Virus record (IMG/VR): IMGVR_UViG_3300008255_000099
Coordinates: 64,001 to 128,000 of that record
Source of the DNA: a virus
Reading direction: 5' to 3' (one strand)
Length of the DNA stretch: 64,000 bases
Shown: positions 7,049-17,227 of the stretch, piece by piece
How the letters are laid out: each line of letters opens with the position of its first letter
Position numbering within the stretch: the stretch's first letter is position 1
Program-made: the position numbers and the translations under genes
The notes under the pieces: model-generated
Seen by the model: the letters and a program-made list of their open reading frames with translations, nothing else
Database searches by the model: none
Told to the model about the DNA's origin: nothing

Positions 7049-7711
7049 TTAAAGTAATGTAACTTCCAGAAGTCCGTTTGTGACACTTGGTCCGATTATT
7101 TTTGCTACTTCGTAGCCATAACCAGCAGCACCACCGGCGTATTGGACTGTATTAGCTTTTGCAATTTTGATAAATTGTCCAACATTAGCGGTAATACCGA
7201 ATGCCAAACTATCATTAACTGCGAAAGTTGGTGCAGCGCCACCGTCAGTTGTGGCTGCGTCAACGCTTGCATCTGATACATATTGATCAGTTAAGAAGCG
7301 TCCACCGTGTCTGTAAACTGCGATTCCTCTTCGTGCTGTTGATCTATTATTGCTATCAACGTCGGTCCAGTTGGTTGTGTTAGTAATTCTCTCGTCGATG
7401 TAATCATTAAGTCTTCTTGCTGGTCGAGCCTCTGGGGTTGGGCCAGTATAAAGGGTTGGATCGTCACCGTCGCCAGAACTATGTGAATAGTTTCCTGGTG
7501 AAACTGGATCGATTATAGCCATAGTATTTCCAGATGTTGAGGTGTCGTCGCCTGCCATCCCCCAGAATTCGTGACTTGAATCTGAGCGATCTGCTGCAAC
7601 TGCTTGCGCTTTGCCGCTTGTCTGGATTAGAGCAACAGCCATTCCGGCTAGGATGCTGTTATCAGCATCGAAGTTATCGAATAAAACATGTTGTTTAACA
7701 TGGATAGCCAT
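7049..7711 (-). CDS. Putative capsid decoration / minor head protein
   Basis: Gly/Ala/Thr-rich 220 aa immediately upstream of MCP; AAGGAGG RBS. Confidence 0.55.
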   Translation of the reverse strand: MAIHVKQHVLFDNFDADNSILAGMAVALIQTSGKAQAVAADRSDSSHEFWGMAGDDTSTSGNTMAIIDPVSPGNYSHSSGDGDDPTLYTGPTPEARPARRLNDYIDERITNTTNWTDVDSNNRSTARRGIAVYRHGGRFLTDQYVSDASVDAATTDGGAAPTFAVNDSLAFGITANVGQFIKIAKANTVQYAGGAAGYGYEVAKIIGPSVTNGLLEVTLL

Positions 7712-7737
7712 TGTAATTCCTCCTTAATTTTTCGCTT

Positions 7738-9828
7738 TTAGCGAATTTTTTTCCTTCCGTATTCATCAAAGTCGTCTTCTTTTAAGACGCTGAATACGTT
7801 CTTTAACATTTCTGTTGTGTTAACAGGTTTTGGGTCTGTTTTAATATCATACATTTGAGTTAAGCCTTCGCTTCCAGAGGTCTTTTGCATAGATCTTGAA
7901 ACGGATGCTTCCGCAATCCTTTTCTTTTGTTGATCGTTTGCGAACAAGACTGCTGTTTCCTCAAAGTTCTTTATTGCGTGAACTGTCATATCACCTTGCA
8001 TAAATTTGGCAACTTGGTCTTTAATTTCAGCGGCTTTAATTAAACCAGCGTCAGCCATAGAGCTTGCTGCGTCATAAGCTGCTGCAACCCTTGCCATTTT
8101 TGTTTTTTCTTCTCGCAGTGCGTTTGATAGTTTTTCGATAGCGGCTTCTTTATTTTCGAATTGTCCTTTGTCGAGTTCCATATCACGGGCATTTTGTTTT
8201 TTAGGTGCCTTCCCTACTTTACCTTGTGTCCTGAAACCACCGTCGCCATTTGGATCTTCTCCACGTTCATCTTTGCAAAGTTCGTTGCCGTAATCGGCCA
8301 TTGATGCTTCTTTTGCTGGTTTATTTTTGGCTAATGCTTCTCTTGCGATTCGCTTGGCTTCTTCGTCAATTGCTGCACAGGCTGGACAATAGCCTTCATC
8401 CTGAGCTTTTGTGCTTAAAACTACAAGAGTATTACATTCGTCGCATTGAACTGCTTGAACAGGATCGTTATTTCCTTCAATTGCATCACACTCATTGAGT
8501 GCAATCTTTTTAAGTATATTCTCTTTTTTATAGTTTTCAGCAAAAACTTTTTTACCATATTCTTTCTTAATTAAATCCTCTCTCTTTTGTTCAAGGAAAA
8601 TATTTAATTTTTCTGCTGTTAGGGTTTTCTTTGTACCTTGGTTTTTTGCAACGATACCTTTTCTTTGCTTGGTTATTTTATCAAGCTGAGTTGGTACATC
8701 AAACTCTAGAAAATCTTCTCCACCTTCAGTTGGAATTCTTTGATCAGCACTTTCAATATCTTGTTTTAATAGATCTCCATATTGACCTTCAAACCCCATT
8801 GTCCCACGAGCATTTCTATTTAATAGAAATTCTTCATTTTCTGTTGGAACATCAAAGAAATCAAACTCTGGGTCTGACTTTAATGAATTTCCACCGTCAT
8901 TTTGAAGATTTACAGTTTTACCATCTTCTCCAGGTCCAGCGACCATAAGTCCATCTTCCATTGTAAACGGTTTTGTTGAAGCGGTTCCTCGTCCATCTCC
9001 AGAATGGGCAGTATCCTCACCGAAACCACGACTAACAGGATCTTCATTATTATTATTTGCGAGTTTTTGAAGGATTTCTCTTCTTTTAGCTTTTCTTCGA
9101 GCTAAAAATCTCTCTTTTTCAACATCCATATCTTCTGGCATGTCTTTTTTACCTCCTCCTAATAATTCATCATCTAAACCTCCGTTTAATTCCCCTAATG
9201 GTTCATCTTCTTCAAGTGAAAGGTCATCAAGTTCAGATCCTGGTGCAACAGGGCCTAAATCTTCATCACCCATTTCTTCACCGAATTTTTCATCGAATGA
9301 TGAATCAGATGGTCCTTCAAGGATTAATCGGAGTATTTCTTCTTCGCCCGAGTCTTCTTTGATTGAGATTTGCAATTCTTCGCCTTCTCTAAGATCGATT
9401 GACTTCTCTCCAGGCGTTTCGTTTTCGAACTCGTCAGCAAATTCGTTGGATTCTGGCTCTATCTCAAAATCACCTTCAGCATCGTCTTCAACATCCTCAG
9501 TCCATTCCTCAACGGTATCACTGAATCTGCCTTTTTCTTTGCCTTCTGATTCTTCTGAGTCGTCACCATCATCATCTGGTTCATGATCGACTTCATTAGC
9601 GTCCTCTTCATATTCAGCATCTTCACCGGCAAGAATTTTTTTTCTTAATTCTTTTTGCCATTTTGATTCAAGAGCGCTTGCAACTAACTTTTTGGTATTA
9701 TCATCATAATCCATAGCTTCCAAAAGTTCCTCTGCTTGCTTTCTGCTTTCATCTCTTGTAGCTTCTGCAAGGTCGAGTTTTGCTGCAACTCTTTTATCCT
9801 TGATGCTGTTCTTCCTAGAATCAGCCAT
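7738..9828 (-). CDS. Putative capsid scaffolding protein with a zinc ribbon
   Basis: Very acidic, coiled-coil-like 696 aa; CDEC...CPAC; position between protease and MCP; AAGGAGG RBS. Confidence 0.65.
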   Translation of the reverse strand: MADSRKNSIKDKRVAAKLDLAEATRDESRKQAEELLEAMDYDDNTKKLVASALESKWQKELRKKILAGEDAEYEEDANEVDHEPDDDGDDSEESEGKEKGRFSDTVEEWTEDVEDDAEGDFEIEPESNEFADEFENETPGEKSIDLREGEELQISIKEDSGEEEILRLILEGPSDSSFDEKFGEEMGDEDLGPVAPGSELDDLSLEEDEPLGELNGGLDDELLGGGKKDMPEDMDVEKERFLARRKAKRREILQKLANNNNEDPVSRGFGEDTAHSGDGRGTASTKPFTMEDGLMVAGPGEDGKTVNLQNDGGNSLKSDPEFDFFDVPTENEEFLLNRNARGTMGFEGQYGDLLKQDIESADQRIPTEGGEDFLEFDVPTQLDKITKQRKGIVAKNQGTKKTLTAEKLNIFLEQKREDLIKKEYGKKVFAENYKKENILKKIALNECDAIEGNNDPVQAVQCDECNTLVVLSTKAQDEGYCPACAAIDEEAKRIAREALAKNKPAKEASMADYGNELCKDERGEDPNGDGGFRTQGKVGKAPKKQNARDMELDKGQFENKEAAIEKLSNALREEKTKMARVAAAYDAASSMADAGLIKAAEIKDQVAKFMQGDMTVHAIKNFEETAVLFANDQQKKRIAEASVSRSMQKTSGSEGLTQMYDIKTDPKPVNTTEMLKNVFSVLKEDDFDEYGRKKIR

Positions 9829-9924
9829 TTTATTCCTCCTTAATTCCGAAGATATTCTAATACCTTCGAGTTATTAATTTGTAATTCTCATTATTGATAA
9901 GAATCCAAAATTCCTTTTTTACGA

Positions 9925-11022
9925 TTAAAAAATATTATCTTCTATGTCTTCAGCTTGTTCTGAACCACAATTTCTACATCTAAACCATTGTTTTGAGCCT
10001 AATTTTCCAAGTTCTTGTAATTCTCCACCACATTCATGACATTGTTTTAGATCTTCTTCAAATTCATCTTCTTGATCATCTTTATCTAAAAGATGTTTTA
10101 ATAAACCTTCAAGATCTGAAGATTCATCATCTTCATCATCAGAAAAAATTTGAGATAATTTAATTGTTTTAAATTTGCTTAATTTATTTGAAGATAATTT
10201 GTTGCCACCCAACATATCTTTGTTATTATTAAATCTATCTTTGTGGTTTTTAATTGGCAAATCATTATTAAATTTAGGTTCTAGAATTGGTGAATCATTA
10301 TTAAAATAATCAGCTTCTAAATCAGGGCCAAGGTTTGCATCATCTTCTAAATCAGGGCCAAGATTTGCATCAGCTTCTAAATCAGGGCCAAGATTTGCAT
10401 CAGCTTCTAAATCAGGGCCAAGATTTGCATCAGATTCTAAATCAGGGCCAAGATTTGCATCAGATTCTAAATCACCTTCTAAACCATCGCCCAAACCCTC
10501 TGCTGCTAATTCTTCTCTTAAAATATCAAAAAATTCTTTATTTTGATCCATTGGTGAAAACAAATCACCCAGATCACCCGAATCTTCTAAATCTTCTGAA
10601 ATCTCTGGATCATCAGCATATTCTAATCCCCCCTCATCTAAATAATCTTCTGAAGCACCAAGATCACCTAGATCATCAATATCTTTTGGTCTATCAGGGA
10701 TTTCTGGGTCGTCGGCGTATTCTAATCTCCCTTCATCTAAATAATCTTCTGGAAGCCCATCATTCCCAAATTGAGAAATTTTTGTAAATTTTGTTTTAGA
10801 ATAACTTTTAATTATTTTTTCTGCATTTTTTTCTATTTCTTTTTCTTTAATTTCAAGAATAGCTTGAAGTTTTTTCTTTCTTTTGTCAAGATTAGCTAAA
10901 ACATATGGAGTTTTAATTTTCCATTTTAGATTTTCTATATCTTCCATTTCTTCAAGAATATCTTGTTTTGTTTTTGGTTCTTTTGAAGATAATCCCATAA
11001 TTAAATGTTGTATATCTGACAT
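9925..11022 (-). CDS. Acidic repeat-containing head-associated protein with C-terminal zinc ribbon
   Basis: (E/S/A/D)DANLGPDL repeats, EDYLDEG.LEYADDPEI twice, C-terminal CHEC...CRNC. Confidence 0.7.
   Translation of the reverse strand: MSDIQHLIMGLSSKEPKTKQDILEEMEDIENLKWKIKTPYVLANLDKRKKKLQAILEIKEKEIEKNAEKIIKSYSKTKFTKISQFGNDGLPEDYLDEGRLEYADDPEIPDRPKDIDDLGDLGASEDYLDEGGLEYADDPEISEDLEDSGDLGDLFSPMDQNKEFFDILREELAAEGLGDGLEGDLESDANLGPDLESDANLGPDLEADANLGPDLEADANLGPDLEDDANLGPDLEADYFNNDSPILEPKFNNDLPIKNHKDRFNNNKDMLGGNKLSSNKLSKFKTIKLSQIFSDDEDDESSDLEGLLKHLLDKDDQEDEFEEDLKQCHECGGELQELGKLGSKQWFRCRNCGSEQAEDIEDNIF
10309..10474. repeat. In-frame 30-bp tandem repeat, five full copies
   Basis: atcagggccaagatttgcatcagcttctaa and variants at 10321-10470. 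Confidence 0.95.
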
Positions 11023-11035
11023 AATTTTCTCCTAA

Positions 11036-11073
11036 TATTTATGGCTGGGTGAATATTCACCCAGCCATAAATA
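11036..11073. terminator. Perfect 38-bp palindrome after the protease gene
   Basis: tatttatggctgggtgaat|attcacccagccataaata. Confidence 0.7.
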
Positions 11074-11075
11074 AT

Positions 11076-14000
11076 TTAATATAGAGCTATAATTTCACTG
11101 ATTACCTTACCGTCTTCAGCCTTAGTTTTAGCTACTGCAACATTAAAGCAAGAATTGCAATAGATTTTAGTTTTATCTTTTCCTGCAACTCTTCTTAATT
11201 TATGTCTTTCTCCACAATATGGGCAAACATGACCAACACTCATTGGTTTCCCTGGTTGGGTTTTTTCACCATAATTCATTGCTGTCTTGATAAAATCGTC
11301 AGGGTTTGTGACCCATGAGATTTTAACAGCAAGTGGATTCTCACCAGCTAAAACAGTTCGTCTTTCACTCTTAGCTAATCCTGGTAATGGTGCCCCGCCT
11401 GGGCCTCCGGCCCCTGGTAAACCACCGCCCATGCCACCGGCTGCTGCTCCTGGGGCTTGTGCGCCCATCTCTGCGCCTCCCGGCTCGGCTCCTGGGTTAA
11501 GTTCTTCTCCTAGCCCAAGGCCCTCTTCTGGGACTTCCTCTTCTGACATTGAATTTCCGCCAGATTCGAAGTTCTCTGGATTTATGATTTTAATATCGAA
11601 TGTATATTCAAATTCTGTTGAACATGAATTACATTGTCCATGACCTTCTGCTAAATCAACATCTGTTGATCCACAAGCAGGACAAATAGAGCCGGGTGGA
11701 GCAATTTCTCCTGGTGTGGGCAAAGATTCCTCTGGGGAAACTTGACCTTCTTCTCCCACTGGTTCACCGCCGCCACCACCTGTTATTGCTGATAAGCCAT
11801 CTCCACCTAATGCGCCTGCTGCCGGATCTGCGCCCGGACCAGCCGCCATCGGATCTCCTCCCATTGGTGCGGCACCTTGCATTGCTCCTGGCATTGCTTG
11901 TGCTGCTTTTAATAAATCTCTTCTAGAAGAGCTTCTCTTTTTTAACATTCCGTCAGAAAAGATATCAATTTTATTATCTGCAACTACACCAAGCGCAACG
12001 CCTTCTTCTGGTGCTGGATCACTTTGTAAAGTTCTTGTTATGCTACTTTTTATAACTCCACAAACATCACCATTTTCTGAGATGTTTAATTCTGTAAATG
12101 TCAGGCTATCTGGATCTGAAAGTTCATAGCCTCTATTGGCAAAAAGTTGAATAACGTATGGTTTAACTTTACTTTCTAATTCAGAATCATCTTTTCTACA
12201 ACCACATTCATTTAGATTAAAAGAAACTCTAAATTCTCTATCTGATCTATCTGTGATTGTGGCTGCGTTTTTAATAAAATTAATTTTTGCTTTTGTAGCA
12301 TCAGAAATTAATTTCTTTGATGTCGCTGGATACGCTGATAAGCATTCAACAGCCTTTGCGATTGTTGGACTTGAAATATCATTTTGATTAGCAACATCAG
12401 CGATATTTCCCACAAGATTCTCTATGACAGATTGTTTATCTGTTATTTCAGCGAGTTTTATATTCCAGAAAGAAGCTCTTTCTTTTATTGCAACACGCTT
12501 ATTTGTCGCATCTTCTGTCCTTGCAGATTCAATTTCTCTTGAGAGGTCTTCTGTTTTCAAAGAAGCAACAACTTCAAGAATGTCTTGGGCTGTGCTTTCG
12601 GTATCAAAAACAGTATCAGCAAGAGCAACAACACTATGCTTTAAGTGCTCACTACTAAGTTTTTCTTCTTTACCAGGATCAAGAGAGCCAACAAATGCTT
12701 TTTTAATATCATCTGTTCTATTACCCCTTTGAAGAATAGTATCTTTTGAGATATTGTTATCAACTATTAATTCTTTTGCTAATTTTTCAATAGTTTTTAC
12801 ATATTTATCTTTATCAATTGATGCAATTAACTTTATACCTTCTGAAAGATCTATTGGCATAACTTCTTCTGAAGCTACATCAGCTAAAGATCCAACAATA
12901 TAATCTTCTAAAGCTTTATCTGAAACAGAGGCAATCTTTTGGCCGATGGATCGGTTAAATGATTGTCTTTCTCTCCAATCTCGTCTTGCTTTTTTGAGAT
13001 TTGGAGTTGTATTCTCTGAAATCTTTTCATTTAAATCTTCAGTTGAAGATAATTTAATTGCAGATTCTATTATTTCCATTGGGCTTACAGCAGCATCCAC
13101 AATAGCTTTCGCAATTGCATTATTTAATGATGCTACAACTTCTTTTGCGGTTGATGAACCTGATCTTTTTGCTTCAAGTCTTTGCTCGTGAACAGTGTTG
13201 TCTGTGCCTCTCCTTGAATCTTCGAGTTTATGCTCTTGGACATCAACTTCAAATCCTTGTCTACCCAATTCACCTTTTGGGTTATATTTTTCAAGTCTTT
13301 GTTCGTGAACTGTATTGTCCACACCCGTTCTAGAATCTTCAAGTCTTTGTTCGTGGACTGTATTATCGACTTCTTTTCTAGCTTCTCCGACATAATTCTC
13401 TTCTGGATATACTGGATTACCTAATCTACCAGTGGGATATTCTTCGGTTTCATCTTGAAATCTAACTTCTGTTTGTCTTTTAGGGACTTCTGCTTCTCTT
13501 TTAGCAGTTTTTATTGTTCCTTCTTTTTCAGCCATTTTTAATTGACCTAGTAATTCGCCAGTAACAGAAGATATTTCACCCTCAGCAAGTCTTTCGAGTT
13601 GTTCGTCGCTAATGGATGGAGTCCATTCAATTTCTGAACCCTTGAAATACCCTTTTATTTCTCCACGAGAAGAGATAGCAACTTTGAAAGAGCCTTGCTC
13701 TTTCTCATACTTATCTACGATCTGATCAGTGTACTGATCTTTAATGATCTGAGATAGTTTTACGAAATTATCCATATCTTTCTTCTCCTTGTCTGAATAT
13801 TTATTTTTCATTTTCTTAAATATTTCAAAACCACCTATTTTAGTTTTATCCATATTTTTAGATGCTGACATTTGTAATCCAACATCACCAGCAGGAGCAT
13901 ATTCTTGTATTTGTGGTTGTGGTGGTGGTTGTTGACCATTTGTCATTCCTGCTTGATCAGGACTTTGTGTTAACCCGATTGGAATATTAGTTCCAAATGC

Positions 14001-16625
14001 TTCTGGTTTAAATCCATCATCAATTAGATTGCTAACAACCTCTTGAACACCAGCAAGATGTTTTGTTAAATCGCTAACATGCTCCATATTAACATTTCTT
14101 CTCTTACCTATAAGATCCACAACAGTTGCTTCAAGAATTTTTTGAGCTAAATCCATCTTATTTAGTTCATCCAATCTTTGCATTAATTCAAATACAGATT
14201 GTTTGGTTTGTGCTTGTTCATCTCCAGCAGATGGAACTGGAACATCGGGGGCCATTCCTTCAACTCCCGGTGCTGTGCTACCATCTGCTCTTGAACTAAC
14301 AGGCTCAATATTCATAAATTGATCTGCTGGACTTTCCAAATCGTTTGTTGATAATGCCTGATTATTAAAATCGGGGATTGGTTCCTGAGACGATTTGAGC
14401 ATTTTAGATTTTGAGTTAGCTATTTTTTTAATGTCATCATTAATATTTATTACATCAATAATTACATTCCTAATTTCATCAACATCATTTATTTCAGGAT
14501 CATATAAAGCTTCTCTCGCTAAATTATTAATTTTTTCAGAAGTTTTAGATATTACACCAATTTTTTGAAGAATTTCTTCTGTGGGAAGAATCTCCTCAAC
14601 CTCACAAGCTTCAAAAGCTCCATCTGAAACTGCTGAAAGCTCTATGAATTTAACTCCATAGTTAATCTCATAAACTGGTGCGTCTTGAAATTTTTTGCCA
14701 TTGACAACCCCTGAAAATTTTCTGCCCTTGTGCTCTTTAACATGGGTACAATACTGATCTTCACTTTTTGCTTGATGACCACAAATTGAGCATTTTGAGA
14801 AGTCTACCGAGCAATTTTTTGTAGCACAATTTTCAACTATATAACTATGGCTATCATTTTCTGTTTCAAAGTTATAAACTATTCCCTCATAGTCATCTAA
14901 TTCTATGTTAGAAATTTTTCTTAATAAATAGTTCTCTATATCTCTGAAATATTTTTTGTTAGAAAAATTACCAACAAATCCTGTATATTCTGATATTAAA
15001 GAACAATAAGTTGAGGGAATAGATATTGTATAAAAAATCCTTTTACGATTTTCACCACGAAAACTATTTGGATATTCTTTACTATCTGAATATCTTACAA
15101 ATTTTCCTTCTATTCCGCTTGAGATAGTGTGATAAATACCACAAGAGTTTAGCATAAAATGTAATTGTTCTGCTAATTCTCTTGAAACTGTTACTCCTTG
15201 AAGTGTATCAGGATCTTTTCTGTTAACAAGAATTCTTATACAACCATCTCCATTTAGCCAAGCACCTATAATATGTTTTTTAATTTCAGAATTTGCAAAT
15301 AATAATTCATTTTTAAGTTTTTTATCACAGGAATATCCACCACAATTTACATATAAAAATTCTATTACTTCTTTCGATGAGGTATAAACATCGAAAGTAT
15401 TTTTATCTAATTTTTCTCTGGTACTACAATCAACATTAAATTGATTTTTTATAATATCAATAACTTCTTGTGCTAATGTGTTTTTTTCATCTAGTGCAAA
15501 TGTGAATACTGCTTGTGAAAGTTTATCTTTATACTTTGTGTAAGAACCTTCAGCTAGAAAATATCCTATTAATCTTGCAAGATCATTATTTATGTCAGAT
15601 TCTACTTGTTCTATCTCTTTTGGAAATAATAGGAAATCTCCTGGTTTCAATAATCTAGATTCTTTTTCATCTATTTCTATTTTACCTTTTAAATTTCGTA
15701 TTAATTTTGTTTTTAAAATTTCTTCATCAGAATATTCTGATATAGAATTATAAACATTTTGATGATGTCCGACTTTAAATCTTTTTTCATATTTCGTTGA
15801 TGGTTGATTAGAAACATTTTGGTCTAACTCTTCGCCACATCCACATAAACAATATTCTTGAACTTTTAAAGTTGGGAACTTATGATTTGGTGTACATTTA
15901 ATTGTTTCACCACCTTCAAGTTCTATTTTTAAAGTATCACCAATATAATATCTTCTTTGTCTATTAGTAATTTTTGAAAATTTTCCATCACCATCGACAA
16001 GGATATCTTCTATTTCTATGTCTTCAACATTTTTATATCCATTAGATGTTAAAATTCTTGTTCCGGGTAAAAAACATCCCATTGAAACATCATGAATATA
16101 TCCTTCTTTAACTCCTCTTGCTAAAGAAGGATAAGCTTCTGAGTCAATATAGAAAGTGCAGTAAACACACTTATCTTTATCGTCCCATTCTGCAAAAACA
16201 ACTTTTCCTTTAGCTTCCTCAATATTATCATTCTTATGATTTGTATAAATTGGAACGCCTTCAAAGGTTTTGAAGGCAGGAATTTTCCCCTTTTTTGGTC
16301 CAGCATCTACTTCTTCAAGTAATTGTTCTTCTTTGAACATATCTCCGTTTTCATTTGGAACGTTTGCATCAATAGATCTTGCCCTAACCCATAAAAATGA
16401 ATTAGGTCTTTTTTGCATTTCGTCTATTACAGGGGTGCCTTCATATCTTTTGATTAATTCTTCAACATCAACTTCCACATTGTTAGATGTAGATGTTGAT
16501 TTTGATATTTTAATCATTTTATTCTTTGAAGAATCTTCTTCAATGACACATACCACCTGCAATGGAATATTAGGTCCACGCTTAACTAACACAGGAGCCT
16601 CCTTGATTTTTAAAAAACTAACCAT
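11076..16625 (-). CDS. Prohead (capsid maturation) protease polyprotein, intein-containing
   Basis: NENGDMF, PIYTNH (His) and IHDVSMG (Ser) fit HK97-type/SH-clan prohead proteases; long C-terminal extension with repeats and zinc ribbons. Confidence 0.8.
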   Translation of the reverse strand: MVSFLKIKEAPVLVKRGPNIPLQVVCVIEEDSSKNKMIKISKSTSTSNNVEVDVEELIKRYEGTPVIDEMQKRPNSFLWVRARSIDANVPNENGDMFKEEQLLEEVDAGPKKGKIPAFKTFEGVPIYTNHKNDNIEEAKGKVVFAEWDDKDKCVYCTFYIDSEAYPSLARGVKEGYIHDVSMGCFLPGTRILTSNGYKNVEDIEIEDILVDGDGKFSKITNRQRRYYIGDTLKIELEGGETIKCTPNHKFPTLKVQEYCLCGCGEELDQNVSNQPSTKYEKRFKVGHHQNVYNSISEYSDEEILKTKLIRNLKGKIEIDEKESRLLKPGDFLLFPKEIEQVESDINNDLARLIGYFLAEGSYTKYKDKLSQAVFTFALDEKNTLAQEVIDIIKNQFNVDCSTREKLDKNTFDVYTSSKEVIEFLYVNCGGYSCDKKLKNELLFANSEIKKHIIGAWLNGDGCIRILVNRKDPDTLQGVTVSRELAEQLHFMLNSCGIYHTISSGIEGKFVRYSDSKEYPNSFRGENRKRIFYTISIPSTYCSLISEYTGFVGNFSNKKYFRDIENYLLRKISNIELDDYEGIVYNFETENDSHSYIVENCATKNCSVDFSKCSICGHQAKSEDQYCTHVKEHKGRKFSGVVNGKKFQDAPVYEINYGVKFIELSAVSDGAFEACEVEEILPTEEILQKIGVISKTSEKINNLAREALYDPEINDVDEIRNVIIDVININDDIKKIANSKSKMLKSSQEPIPDFNNQALSTNDLESPADQFMNIEPVSSRADGSTAPGVEGMAPDVPVPSAGDEQAQTKQSVFELMQRLDELNKMDLAQKILEATVVDLIGKRRNVNMEHVSDLTKHLAGVQEVVSNLIDDGFKPEAFGTNIPIGLTQSPDQAGMTNGQQPPPQPQIQEYAPAGDVGLQMSASKNMDKTKIGGFEIFKKMKNKYSDKEKKDMDNFVKLSQIIKDQYTDQIVDKYEKEQGSFKVAISSRGEIKGYFKGSEIEWTPSISDEQLERLAEGEISSVTGELLGQLKMAEKEGTIKTAKREAEVPKRQTEVRFQDETEEYPTGRLGNPVYPEENYVGEARKEVDNTVHEQRLEDSRTGVDNTVHEQRLEKYNPKGELGRQGFEVDVQEHKLEDSRRGTDNTVHEQRLEAKRSGSSTAKEVVASLNNAIAKAIVDAAVSPMEIIESAIKLSSTEDLNEKISENTTPNLKKARRDWRERQSFNRSIGQKIASVSDKALEDYIVGSLADVASEEVMPIDLSEGIKLIASIDKDKYVKTIEKLAKELIVDNNISKDTILQRGNRTDDIKKAFVGSLDPGKEEKLSSEHLKHSVVALADTVFDTESTAQDILEVVASLKTEDLSREIESARTEDATNKRVAIKERASFWNIKLAEITDKQSVIENLVGNIADVANQNDISSPTIAKAVECLSAYPATSKKLISDATKAKINFIKNAATITDRSDREFRVSFNLNECGCRKDDSELESKVKPYVIQLFANRGYELSDPDSLTFTELNISENGDVCGVIKSSITRTLQSDPAPEEGVALGVVADNKIDIFSDGMLKKRSSSRRDLLKAAQAMPGAMQGAAPMGGDPMAAGPGADPAAGALGGDGLSAITGGGGGEPVGEEGQVSPEESLPTPGEIAPPGSICPACGSTDVDLAEGHGQCNSCSTEFEYTFDIKIINPENFESGGNSMSEEEVPEEGLGLGEELNPGAEPGGAEMGAQAPGAAAGGMGGGLPGAGGPGGAPLPGLAKSERRTVLAGENPLAVKISWVTNPDDFIKTAMNYGEKTQPGKPMSVGHVCPYCGERHKLRRVAGKDKTKIYCNSCFNVAVAKTKAEDGKVISEIIALY
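14814..16076 (-). mobile_element. Intein (421 aa) with LAGLIDADG endonuclease in the prohead protease
   Basis: SMG|CFLPGTRIL...VYNFETENDSHSYIVENCATKN|C; LIGYFLAEG and IIGAWLNGDG blocks. Confidence 0.92.
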
Positions 16626-16656
16626 GCATGGGTTATTAAAGTTCTTTGGTTTTAGA

Positions 16657-16683
16657 TATTCACAAGTAAAAATTAAAAATCCT
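16657..16683 (-). promoter_or_regulatory. SigH-like promoter of the protease-scaffold-capsid operon
   Basis: CAGGA-N18-GAATA on the minus strand. Confidence 0.65.
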
Positions 16684-16713
16684 GCAAATTGTCTAAATTA
16701 ATTATATCAGAAC

Positions 16714-16739
16714 AGGATTTCTATGAGAGAATACGAATT
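16714..16739 (+). promoter_or_regulatory. SigH-like promoter, divergent
   Basis: CAGGA-N17-GAATT. Confidence 0.65.
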
Positions 16740-16761
16740 GAATAATTAATTTGGATGTTTA

Positions 16762-17227
16762 ATGAAAAATAAAGAATTACAACAACTAGAATATTTTGAC
16801 ATCTTTGAAAAGAGAGGATTCCACAAACAAGCAGAAAAAATTCTTGTAGAATCCTCTTTTTTGATTTGTGTTGCCCAGAAAAGATAATCGTAACACACTA
16901 TTTGGAATGAATGAAAGATGGCCATATTTCTTTGCTAAACATTTCCCAATTTTGAAAAACTATTTATCAGAAAAAGATTTAAATGAAATTTTAGATGAAA
17001 TTTTTGAAAGATTTATCAAAAAAGATAAAGTTTGGCAACATCCTAGTTTTGAAAAAATTCCTAAAGAAATTTGGGCAGAAAGATGGATGAGATATCTTAC
17101 AAAAAACATCAAAAAATTCCCAAGACATGATCGTTATATTAGAGGTGTTTTAACAGAGGAACAATATAATTATTTAAGAAAACTTTTCCTAGAAAGACAC
17201 GAATCAAATAAGACTTTCTTCTTCTAA
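16762..17227 (+). CDS. Hypothetical protein split by a +1 frameshift (16762-16887 and 16868-17227)
   Basis: A 41-aa ORF (MKNKELQQLEYFDIFEKRGFHKQAEKIL...VAQKR*) overlaps a 119-aa ORF that lacks an RBS; they join at CAG AAA AGA TAA. Confidence 0.5.
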
